NCBI GenBank assembly: GCA_040285825.1
Contig: JAUPSS010000004.1
Coordinates: 3,018,550 to 3,082,549 of the forward strand
Length of the DNA stretch: 64,000 bases
Direction of reading: 5' to 3'
Source: Eukaryota sp. TZLM1-RC
Taxonomy: Eukaryota > Protista > Metamonada: BaSk clade
In this document: one piece after another, positions 23,960 through 34,231 of the stretch
How the letters are laid out: every line of letters starts with the position of its first letter
Position numbering within the stretch: position 1 is the first letter of the stretch
Translations under genes and position numbers: made by a program
The notes under the pieces: generated by a model
What the model saw: only the letters and a program-made list of their open reading frames with translations
The model's database searches: none
What the model was told of the DNA's origin: nothing

Positions 23960-24720
23960 ACCTTTGGATGGTTTACCCCCTGAAGTCTGGAGTAAATGTT
24001 TTCCCCAACAATTGCAACAAAAGTTAACAATAATTTTTGAAGGCTTGGATTTCAATGTTCGTCTTGGCTCAGCCAAAAAGATAATCCCGCTTTCGCAAAT
24101 TGCCACTCCAGATTTGGACCAAATGTTTTCCCGAATCAATTCAAGAAACTCCCAGCCGATCTCTTTTTAATTTGCAATTTTGCTGTAAAAAGCTTCAACA
24201 CCAATTGTCAAGCTGATATTTTGATGTTAGACTTGGTTTGGCCAAGAAAAAGAATCCCGCTTTTGCAAATCTTTTACAAAATATGAGTGATAGTACTTCC
24301 TCTGCCTTAATAACAACAATTCCTCAAGTTTATGGTTCTCTCTTAATTGATTCTGCTTGGACTTTGAATATGAAATTTCGTTCCTTTATCTGGCCTGATT
24401 ATTTACCGCATAATTTAATTTGTAAATGTTGTCGAAAAATTACAATTACTCGTTTGTTAAATTGTAAACATTTTATTACTTTTACAAGCAAGGTTCATGA
24501 TGCTGTAAGAGACCAATTATATTGTATGTGTAAGTCTCATAGAATTGAATCCTTTTTGGAACCTCTGATGTGAAGTCTGTTTGATACTGAGGATGCTTTT
24601 CATAAGAATAATAGAGGTAATGTAATATTACTTGGATTAGATGGAAGCTTCATTTTATTGGATGAAAGATTAGGCCAAAGGGATTTCCAGGGGGAGTAAG
24701 GCCAAGGATTAACCAAACAG
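23960..24720. mobile_element. Decayed CRE-like fragments (G and A on plus, a short diverged piece on minus)
   Basis: ORFs 23964-24170 and 24238-24573; 24665-24720 on minus translates WLILGLTPPGNPFGLI. Confidence 0.75.
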
Positions 24721-24724
24721 ACAG

Positions 24725-25579
24725 TAATTTCTTATTATTACCTGCTGAATGGATCCATTGTGGAAAAAACAGTTGAAACATTTCGATTGTACACAAATGT
24801 TGAACCATGAAAGAGATTCGAGAAGTCTAATCATTACAAAACAGAGTAGGCTAATTGAAGATCTATCCATTGTTTCTCAGAGAAATAAGGATCACACGAC
24901 TAAATCTGTAGCAGAATGGGAAGCAACTTTATCCCAATTCAATTCCAAAAGCTGCAGGTTTGATAGATTTATGGCATATATTAAACAAAAGAATTATGTG
25001 AATAGTATTGTTGGTGAAGTCTATCATCAAAAAATATTTAGGAAACTAAGATGGTGGACTGAGATTAATCGCACAAGATCTGAGGCGAAAATGATTCAGA
25101 GATTCAAATCAGTAATCGGTGATCCAGGTCAAGTAATTAATGGAATCGGAGACTGGGAACAACGAAAACACATGAAATTCAAAGAACATACCAAGGAAAA
25201 AGGTTTGAGAATTATATTTAAAAAGGCTAGTTATAAGGTTTTTTTGATTGATGAGTTTCGAACCAGTTACTGTTGTTTCAACTGTAAGAAAGCGGAGAAA
25301 ACAGTTGAAACATTCCAATGGTGCAGGAATCCTAGGCCACAGAAGAGGCATGAGATGTCTATTCGTCAGGGGCTTACCATGTGTAAATCATGCAAAAGTT
25401 TGTGGAAAAGGGATCGAAATGCTTCACGGAATATGTTGACAGTGATGGAAGCACATGTAAATGGTGGAGATAGACCAGGATACCTACAGAGAGTAAAGGT
25501 TGACAAAGGTTCAAAGAAAAAGGTACCAAGGAGAAAATCTTCCACTTTTCAAAAACTCAGTCCCTCTTCATCGGTGTAA
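24725..25579 (+). pseudogene. Fanzor1 (eukaryotic TnpB-derived RuvC nuclease), N-terminally truncated
   Basis: ORF 24749-25579 has FRKLRW..IN..RSE, IGDW, VFLIDEFRTS (RuvC-II), CCFNC..CKSC (Zn finger), WKRDRNASRN (RuvC-III) and RPGYL. RuvC-I (DPG) and the N-terminal lobe are not found. Confidence 0.85.
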
Positions 25580-25620
25580 AAGGACACTCATTTCATTGTT
25601 ATAGACATCAACTGTAACTA

Positions 25621-28600
25621 ATGGATCCTTCTTCAAATCCTTGGCAGTACATTACTTCTTCAACTGTCGTGGGAGCACGGAGAGGAGCTTCTTTTGTTTC
25701 TGATGCAGCTTCCAATCTCTACCTCGCATTTGGATCTGATAATCTCCGCAAGGATTGCTCTGACCTCTTTAAACTTAGTTTCGACACGTATCCCCCTGAA
25801 TTCCAACGCCTTCAAACATCAGGAACACCACCCCCTGCGCGCTCCTTCCAATCCGCCGCTATCCTAGAAGACAATCTCTACGTCTTTGGTGGAGAATCTG
25901 ATTCTGTTTCCCTTGGTGACTTTTACAAGCTTAACCTCAAAACTTTTCAATGGTCTCTCATCGAATCTTCGCCGTCCCCTTCTCCCCGCTTCGCCTCCTC
26001 TCTCTGTGTCTATGGTAGCACATGTCTCATCCTCTATGGTGGAGCTGTTCGTCTTCCCGAGCCAGACAGAGATAAGACAGGCTACCCTATCCATTACCTC
26101 AACGATCTCTGGGTGTACAATGTTCCTCTCGACTCTTGGACACGGGTTGAAATTCCTGAACCTTATGCCGGAACTTATGGTCATTCACTAACAGTTGTTG
26201 GGGATTCTTTGTTTGTATTTGGAGGATTCAACGAAAAAGGAAGGAATGACCAGCTTTTCGAAATCAGATTCGACCTAGCTTCGTCATTTGATTCAACCTG
26301 CTCAGTCGTTTCTAGAGCTTTCCTTAATCCTATCTCCCCAGTTTCTTTACGCCCTTCCCCTCGACATTTTCACTTGGCTTTTTCGTTCGAAGCAGGGAAC
26401 AAAGCTTTATTGGGTATCTTTGGGGGTACAGGTGGACAGAGTGGGTCAGAAAGTAATGATTTTTGGATTTATGACCCTTCTTGCCTACGGTTTCAACAAC
26501 TCCTCCTCCTCATCCCCCCTCACGAACTTCCCTCTCCACGTTCCCAAATGTGTGGTATAGGCCGAGACTCTCTGCTCTATGTGTACGGAGGAGCGGGGTC
26601 TAACCAACTATGGAGCCTTGACTTGGGAAAAACTATTCAAAACGAGGGTAACGTCACTGTTGGTAAAGTTGGGGAAACAAGTGAGGAGGTGTTACCATCT
26701 GGGCGCAATCCTTTCTTTTCAACTCTTCTATCGTCAGATAGGTTTGTTAAAGTAGTTCAACGCATTTCAGATGATAACATGAAAGCTAGAGTATCTGATT
26801 TTCGAAGTTTGTTATCCAAAGAAGAAGGGTATAGGAAGGGAATGGCAAAGAAAGTAGATGCGGAATTAACAACTTTAAAAACACGAATAGCGCTGCAATC
26901 AGATTCAGTCAATCAAATTGAGGGTCAGATAAGAAAAATGATTGATGTTGTGATTGATGACTTTAACAAGAAGGTTTCCGATAGCGAACATAAACTTTAC
27001 TCATCACTTTCTGTAACAAACTCTTTGGTCGAGGAAACCTTTGACAATCTTAACCAGCAATTTGATCGCCTAGACGAAGGTACAAATAATTCAATTAAAA
27101 TAATTTCCAATTCTTTTAAAGAAACGATAGAAAATCATAAATCTGAAATAGATTGCGTTATATCAGATTTAAAAATGGAAATTGAAAATTGGTTTGGCGA
27201 TGCTAGCAGCCAGACGTTGGAAAAAATTGATTTAATTACTGATGATTTACGAGAATTGGACAGAAGAATGGAGTTTGTAGGTGCTGAGCTGGCAAGTCTT
27301 TACGAGTCAACCAATTCTGACCTAGTCAGTAGTATTAATGACCTACGTAATCTTGTGAAAACTGAAAAAGCTGAGTTGATGGACATGATTGATTCTTTAA
27401 AGTCTTTTTCTGCTATTTTTGAATCTATAGTCGCAAATTGTCTTGGGCATTGTCAGGCATTGGGTGGACAACAGGAAGACCTAAGGGAAGATATTGAAAA
27501 GCAATTTCATACTATGGAGTCGAAAATTTTACATCAAGCAGAAGAGATTAATAAGTATAATATACAGTTTGAAATTATTCAAACAGAAAATTCACAGTTG
27601 AGGAATGAAAATGTGGAATTGAGTTCTAGAATTCAATTTTTGGAGGAACATTTTTTGAAATTGGAAGAGAAATTAAATGGTCATTCTGCTCTGATTAGTG
27701 ATAATAAGAGAGAATTGGAAACTTCAATTAACCAAACACGTGATGATTTGACTCAAAATATCGACCAAGTCAAGAATTCTCAGTCAGAATTGGAAACTTC
27801 AATTGATCAAACACGTGATGATTTGACTCAAAATATCGACCAAGTCAAGAATTCTCAGTCAGAATTGGAAACTTCAATTAACCAAACACGTGATGATTTG
27901 ACCCAAATTATCGACCAAGTCAAGAATTCTCAGTCAGAATTGGAAACTTCAATTAATCAAACACGTGATGATTTGACTCAAAATATCGACCAAGTCAAGA
28001 ATTCTCAGTCAGAATTGGAAACTTCAATTAATCAAACACGTGATGATTTGACTCAAAATATCGACCAAGTCAAGAATTCTCAGTCAGAATTGGAAACTTC
28101 AATTGATCAAACACGTGATGATTTGACTCAAAATATCGACCAAGTCAAGAATTCTCAGTCAGAATTGGAAACTTCAATTAATCAAACACGTGATGATTTG
28201 ACTCAAAATATCGACCAAGTCAAGAATTCTCAGTCAGAATTGGAAACTTCAATTAATCAAACACGTGATGATTTGACTCAAAATATCGACCAAGTCAAGA
28301 ATTCTCAGTCAGAATTGGAAACTTCAATTAACCAAACACGTGATGATTTGACTCAAAATATCGACCAAGTCAAGAATTCTCAGTCAGAATTGGAAACTTC
28401 AATTGATCAAACACGTGATGATTTGACTCAAAATATCGACCAAGTCAAGAATTCTCAGTCAGAATTGGAAACTTCAATTAATCAAACACATGATGATTTG
28501 ACTCAAAATATCGACCAAGTCAAGAATTCTCAGTCAGAATTGGAAACTTCAATTAATCAAACACGTGATGATTTGACTCAAAATATCGACCAAGTCAAGA

Positions 28601-29775
28601 ATTCTCAGTCAGAATTGGAAACTTCAATTAATCAAACACGTGATGATTTGACTCAAAATATCGACCAAGTCAAGAATTCTCAGTCAGAATTGGAAACTTC
28701 AATTAATCAAACACGTGATGATTTGACTCAAAATATCGACCAAGTCAAGAATTCTCAGTCAGAATTGGAAACTTCAATTAACCAAACACGTGATGATTTG
28801 ACTCAAAATATCGACCAAGTCAAGAATTCTCAGTCAGAATTGGAAACTTCAATTGATCAAACACGTGATGATTTGACTCAAAATATCGACCAAGTCAAGA
28901 ATTCTCAGTCAGAATTGGAAACTTCAATTGATCAAACACGTGATGATTTGACTCAAAATATCGACCAAGTCAAGAATTCTCAGTCAGAATTGGAAACTTC
29001 AATTAATCAAACACGTGATGATTTGACTCAAAATATCGACCAAGTCAAGAATTCTCAGTCAGAATTGGAAACTTCAATTAACCAAACACGTGATGATTTG
29101 ACTCAAAATATCGACCAAGTCAAGAATTCTCAGTCAGAATTGGAAACTTCAATTAACCAAACACGTGATGATTTGACTCAAATTATCGACCAAGTCAAGA
29201 ATTCTCAGTCAGAATTGGAAACTTCAATTAATCAAACATGTGATGATTTGACTCAAAATATCGACCAAGTCAAGAATTCTCAGTCAGAATTTGTTGAAGA
29301 AATCAATTCGCAACTTGAACAAATTAGCAAAAAGTTTGAAAAACGATTAGTCTCTGTTACGAACACCATTATCACTGATCTACAACGCAAAATTTCAAGA
29401 GGAGATCAAAAACAGATAGATAAGATCAATTATGTGGAAAAGTCTCTTCAAGTCTGTTCTGCTGATGTTACCCAATTAGCAAAGTCTATTTCTAGTCTTC
29501 AAGGCCAGTTATACTCTAAAATTACTGCAGTTGAAAGAGTTTTAACAGATTCAATGGCAGAAATAAGATCAGGAGCTTTCGAACAAAATTCTAGTAATGA
29601 AGCAATATCTGAAGTGGATTCGGAAATTTTAACTCCAATTAAGCAATCATTAATGAATTCAATCAAAACCACCCGGGAAAATTTATTATCTTCAATTAAG
29701 CCACTTTCTCCACTTCAAGTAGATAGAACACTTGATGATTTACCAAGTCCAGTGTATGGTGGGGGTTCTGATTAG
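25621..29775 (+). CDS. Kelch-repeat beta-propeller protein with a long coiled-coil stalk (1384 aa)
   Basis: About six Kelch repeats (LYVFGG, LILYGG, LFVFGG, IFGG, YVYGG; PxPR motifs; DLW/DFW) in aa ~1-335, then coiled coil. Uninterrupted ORF with AATAAA downstream. Confidence 0.92.
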   Translation: MDPSSNPWQYITSSTVVGARRGASFVSDAASNLYLAFGSDNLRKDCSDLFKLSFDTYPPEFQRLQTSGTPPPARSFQSAAILEDNLYVFGGESDSVSLGDFYKLNLKTFQWSLIESSPSPSPRFASSLCVYGSTCLILYGGAVRLPEPDRDKTGYPIHYLNDLWVYNVPLDSWTRVEIPEPYAGTYGHSLTVVGDSLFVFGGFNEKGRNDQLFEIRFDLASSFDSTCSVVSRAFLNPISPVSLRPSPRHFHLAFSFEAGNKALLGIFGGTGGQSGSESNDFWIYDPSCLRFQQLLLLIPPHELPSPRSQMCGIGRDSLLYVYGGAGSNQLWSLDLGKTIQNEGNVTVGKVGETSEEVLPSGRNPFFSTLLSSDRFVKVVQRISDDNMKARVSDFRSLLSKEEGYRKGMAKKVDAELTTLKTRIALQSDSVNQIEGQIRKMIDVVIDDFNKKVSDSEHKLYSSLSVTNSLVEETFDNLNQQFDRLDEGTNNSIKIISNSFKETIENHKSEIDCVISDLKMEIENWFGDASSQTLEKIDLITDDLRELDRRMEFVGAELASLYESTNSDLVSSINDLRNLVKTEKAELMDMIDSLKSFSAIFESIVANCLGHCQALGGQQEDLREDIEKQFHTMESKILHQAEEINKYNIQFEIIQTENSQLRNENVELSSRIQFLEEHFLKLEEKLNGHSALISDNKRELETSINQTRDDLTQNIDQVKNSQSELETSIDQTRDDLTQNIDQVKNSQSELETSINQTRDDLTQIIDQVKNSQSELETSINQTRDDLTQNIDQVKNSQSELETSINQTRDDLTQNIDQVKNSQSELETSIDQTRDDLTQNIDQVKNSQSELETSINQTRDDLTQNIDQVKNSQSELETSINQTRDDLTQNIDQVKNSQSELETSINQTRDDLTQNIDQVKNSQSELETSIDQTRDDLTQNIDQVKNSQSELETSINQTHDDLTQNIDQVKNSQSELETSINQTRDDLTQNIDQVKNSQSELETSINQTRDDLTQNIDQVKNSQSELETSINQTRDDLTQNIDQVKNSQSELETSINQTRDDLTQNIDQVKNSQSELETSIDQTRDDLTQNIDQVKNSQSELETSIDQTRDDLTQNIDQVKNSQSELETSINQTRDDLTQNIDQVKNSQSELETSINQTRDDLTQNIDQVKNSQSELETSINQTRDDLTQIIDQVKNSQSELETSINQTCDDLTQNIDQVKNSQSEFVEEINSQLEQISKKFEKRLVSVTNTIITDLQRKISRGDQKQIDKINYVEKSLQVCSADVTQLAKSISSLQGQLYSKITAVERVLTDSMAEIRSGAFEQNSSNEAISEVDSEILTPIKQSLMNSIKTTRENLLSSIKPLSPLQVDRTLDDLPSPVYGGGSD
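27712..29286 (+). repeat. Coding minisatellite, 21 x 75 bp (ELETSINQTRDDLTQNIDQVKNSQS)
   Basis: Exact 75-bp period; only single-base variants between units. Confidence 0.97.
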
Positions 29776-29869
29776 GATCAAGTTTTGTTGCTTGAATAAA
29801 CAGTTGTACGATATGTATTATATCTTAATCAAAACAGTGACAATATTTTTTTGAACTATGTTTAAAATA

Positions 29870-30420
29870 CTATCTTATATTCAATATCCTCCAAACAAGC
29901 ATCACTATTACTAAACTAAATCACTGCATTTCGTTCATATTGTACACCAATAGCTAAAAGAGCTTTGAAATCATTGTCGGAATAGAGTTAAAAATGAAAA
30001 AAAGCACTTCTATTTAACCAACCTTCTGGACTTAGTTATGATCATTTGAAGTCGGCCGTCAACATATGTCCAGAAATCGTGGATGATTTAGCTTTCTTTT
30101 TTAATAGTGTTATCATGGGACGTTTCAAGTTACCACAAGCGTTAACGGCATCTCGTTTAGTTGCTTTAAGTAAGCCTGGAGGTGGTGTCAGACCTATTGT
30201 GTCAAAACATTGGTTCATAGCTGGCTTCAACATTTCAAAGGTCAACAATCATGGTCCAGGCGGGTTTTCCAGAGGGTAAATTGTTGATTAATTTGAACAA
30301 TACATCCTTAGTTAAATGATTCTAATCCAAATAATCCACGCTGATTGGTTTAGGACACTTAAAATTTTCAAAAGGATGGAGGTTATTGAGCTGTTTCAAC
30401 AATGTTTCCAATACATTTAG
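29870..30420. mobile_element. Three short CRE-like fragments
   Basis: Minus-strand 3' end ..ACLEDIE; 30022-30200 duplicates ~31527-31704 of family E; minus-strand LPSGKPA..TFEMLK RT piece. Confidence 0.7.
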
Positions 30421-30745
30421 CAAGTTTTGCAGTCCGTAAGAATACTAGACGATTTACTCAAGAGAAAAGTACACATTTATATACATGCAACTTGACCTGT
30501 TAGGACCCGACCTGTCCGCTTTCACAACGCTGCTGCGTTGATGTTACAGCAAAGATTTTTATTTTGAATACGGAATAAGATTTTCATTGTGAGATCTGCC
30601 CTATTTCAGACAACATTTCAAAAGTGGTACCAGTGTACCTCAACATTCATTCAACTTCCGCAGGCAGGGAAGATAAAAGACCACTTTGATTGTCAAACGT
30701 CTATACGCTTACTTTTCAAACCAAATAAAAGTACTTGTTTGTAAT

Positions 30746-33700
30746 TTTTTTTCCTCCATGCTTATCTATGACTCCGAAGTCAGTTACTTCTAAACCTTCT
30801 AGAGGACGCCCTAAAAAATCTGTGACTACCTATTCTTTGTGCAAAACTGTTGGTCACACAAAAACAACATGTCCTCAGCGAAAAGTTTTGTCAGATGAAG
30901 CTGTATTGGCTTCATTATCTTCACCTATTGAGTCTATTGAGCCTCCACATATACTTCATTCGTCTTCAGTCAGTAGTAATACAAAATCTTGTTTGTTCTG
31001 TTGTTCTCCAGTTTCTGAATTCAATGTTTCGGGTCGACCTCTTTTGGTTTGTGATTCTTGCACGCCAATTGATCCTTGTAGAATTTTATTTGCAATCCCT
31101 CAATTCGTTTCTCCTGCTCACTCGTCTTCTCTTGCAACAGTTATTCGATCTTTAACCTTCTCTCTTCGAAAGGGCATTTGGAATCCTTCGATTTTTTGGA
31201 AATTTATTCTTTCTAAGGCTATGTCTTCACACAAGAAATCTAAATATAAGAGGTCGGTTCAACAATCTAAAAATGTCAAAAAACGTTTTGAGTCTTTGAT
31301 TCTTCGTTCACAATACTCTTCAGCTCTTAAATTATTGGCTGGTTCTTCTCCTGCTGCCCTCAATGATGAAACTTTGGATTCTTTAAATTCTCTTCATCCA
31401 CCTGAAGACTTCACCATAAATCACATCGTCTCTGATAATGAACGTGATTTCTTCACTGCTAATCCTATTACTTGTGATGAAGTTAGTGTAGCTATTAAAG
31501 GACTTCCGTCTGGTCGTTCTGCTGGGCCTTCTGGACTTAGTTATGATCATTTGAAGTCGGCCGTTAACATATGTCCAGAAATCGTGGATGATTTAGCTTT
31601 CTTTTTTAATAGTGTTATCATGGGACGTTTCAAGTTACCACAAGCGGTAACGACATCTCGTTTAGTTGCTTTAAGTAAGCCTGGAGGTGGTGTCAGACCT
31701 ATTGCAGTTGGTGAGTCCATAATGAGATTATTAGCAATTATTTCTTTTAAAAGAGTTAAGTCATCCGCAATTAATTTTTTTCGTCCTTATCAGTTTGCTA
31801 TTGGAATTCCTGATGGCACAACTTGTGCTGCGTTGTGTACAAATTTACTTTTCAATCAAAAAGGCGAAAATTATTTATTGAACATTGATTTTAAAAATGC
31901 TTTCAAGTTGGTTTTTCGCTCTAGTATTTTGCAAAAACTTGAACTACATTATCCTCCAATTTTGCCGTATTTTAAATTGATGTATGGATCACCCTCTAAC
32001 TTAATTTTTCATTCTGAGAATATTGTTTCGTCAAGAAGCGTCAAACAAGGGGATCCATTGGGTCCATTTTTCTTTTGCTTAGCACTGCAATCAGTTTTGG
32101 TAAAATTTAAGTCGGATTTTCCTGACATTCATATATGTGCTTATGCAGATGATTTATCACTTATCGGCCCTTTGTCGCTTTTACAACACGGGTTACAACA
32201 TTTTGTTTTTCTGTCCAAACAAATAGGGTTAGATATTAAATTGCCCAAGTGTTTCATTATTGGTAATCAGAATGCGGAGGTGGCATTTAATGAAACTTTT
32301 ATCAACTACGTTGATTACAAGGAAGATAATCAACTATTCAGTTTCTTAGCTCTTATCTTGAAAATTGTGAAAAAGTTAAATCGATTTTGTCAGGTATTTT
32401 GGAAAAAATCGAAGAGCAACTTTTGGCTATTCAAGATCTAGAAATTGACAAACATTTAGCGTTTTCGGTCCTAAATGTGTGTTTTGGATCAAAAATTAAT
32501 CATCTTCTTCGTTCTTTATCTCCCACAATTTCTCATGATTTTGCACGTCAATTTAATGGTGGTATGAAAAATTTTCTTTTTGAGTGGAAACTTCGTTTTG
32601 ATCATATTCCTTTGAATGAATCACATCCTTTATTAATTTCTCTTGAAAACATGGTGCAGGAACTACCTGTTGATGTTTGGAATAGGAGTTTTCCTTCAAG
32701 TTTGCCTGCTGTGCCTTCGAGATCTTTTACCAATCTTCATCTTGCTGTTGTGAAATTACAGAAGTCTGTTCTTATTGGTTTTGAAGACCTGGATTTTTCT
32801 AAACGACTTAGTGTGACTAAGATTAATAATCCCGTCTTTTTATGCTGCCTTTTTATCAGACATTCAGAACTGCACTAGTTTAATATCTCAGCAACCAAGG
32901 CCATTTGGTCTTCACTTAACAAATGAAGCAGGGAAACAAAACATGTGGTTGAGATTAGGGATGTATCCAAGTGATCTTTTGGACAATTCTCATTGTATTT
33001 GTAACAAAAAACCTACTGCCATTTTCCGTCATATTGTGAGTTGTAAGAAATTTCTCCAATATAGGTCAGTTCTTCATAATGCCGTTCGTGATGTGACATA
33101 TGAGATGTTCAAGTGTTACAATTTTAGTTGCAAAGTAGAACCTTTGTTGAAGCATTATAGTGATGATAATCTGTTTAATTCACGTCGAGGTGATTTAATT
33201 GCTCCTTTTGTGGATTCCTCTCAAGTTGTTGTTGATTTCACTACAGTTGATCCCTTTGCTTTTGTTTATCGCGATGATGTTTTACTTAGTACTAATGGTC
33301 ATTTAAACAAGGCAGAAGATCGTAAGAGAGATAAATATACTGAGAAATTAAATTTGTTGTCACTCTATAATAATAATAATAATAAATTTTTAATAAAATT
33401 AATAATACTGAGAAATTAAATGATTTAAATAAGAATCTTTACTCGAAGTTTTCGTTTGTTCCTTTTGCCCTTTCGATTTTTGGCAACATTGGACAATCCG
33501 CCTTGAATTTCATCAATGATTTTGGTAATTTATGTCGTTCAAGTGGTAAGAATTTTGCAGGGAATTTATGGAAGAATCGTATCATTTTCGCTTTGTACAG
33601 AAGTGTTCCCAGGTACTTGAGTTTAATGATGTCCAAACTTTATAAGGATTCATCAAGAGTTTGCGTGGAGAATTTAGTTTCTTATGTGTTTTAGTTTGTT

Positions 33701-33749
33701 TTGTTTTTATTTGATTCTTCGTAGAAAATAGTTGTTAAAATAAATTAAA
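30746..33749 (+). mobile_element. Full-length family E CRE-like element, inactivated
   Basis: TSD TGTTTGTAAT at 30736-30745 and 33750-33759; T8 start; ATG at 30768; knuckle (Y)SLC..GHTKTTC, CLFC..CDSC, RT YADD and RLE; frameshifts, an internal deletion and a 68-bp insertion. Confidence 0.93.
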
Positions 33750-33970
33750 TGTTTGTAATGAAAAAGCATATGTGTTCTTTTCCAATTAAAAAAATTAAAA
33801 TTAAATATTTATTATCAATTGGAAAACAATTTATATTTTTTGGGGCAACAGTGGTGGGGAGTTGTCACACAATATTGTTGCAACAGCTCCATGTTAATGA
33901 AGAAGAAGTGAAGGAAGACTTTCAAATTAATTGACAGAGCGACAGTATGCTTTATTGTTGGATAAAAATC

Positions 33971-34231
33971 TCAATGCTTTCTTGCCAATTCTTGCTGATT
34001 CTGGAGAGAATCTTCTGATGAAACAGTCTCAGTGCTCTGCTGTTCTAAGCGATGTTCTAAATCCTTAACTCTATCTTCCAGTTCTTCGCAGCGTTCTTTA
34101 TAGTACTCAGCTTCCTTCGCTTTCTTTTCAATTTGATCGAGTATGGCTTTTAAAACGCCCTTCTGACCAATCATTTGCAAAGTTACTATATCGGATACAA
34201 AATTTGTAAACTCATAAAATTCTTCATTCAT
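33971..34231 (-). CDS. Small coiled-coil protein (86 aa) or a host gene fragment
   Basis: Non-TE ORF with a heptad pattern (YYKERCEELEDRVKDLEHRLE); AATAAA downstream on the minus strand. Confidence 0.5.
   Translation of the reverse strand: MNEEFYEFTNFVSDIVTLQMIGQKGVLKAILDQIEKKAKEAEYYKERCEELEDRVKDLEHRLEQQSTETVSSEDSLQNQQELARKH

Noticed and set aside
24765-24785. AAAACAGTTGAAACATT repeated at ~25298 within the Fanzor ORF as a possible element boundary
   Set aside because: Both copies lie within Fanzor-like coding sequence (KTVETF) and nothing insertion-like lies between them.
27712-29286. Possible CRISPR-like array
   Set aside because: No unique spacers; contiguous in-frame coding repeats in a eukaryotic gene.
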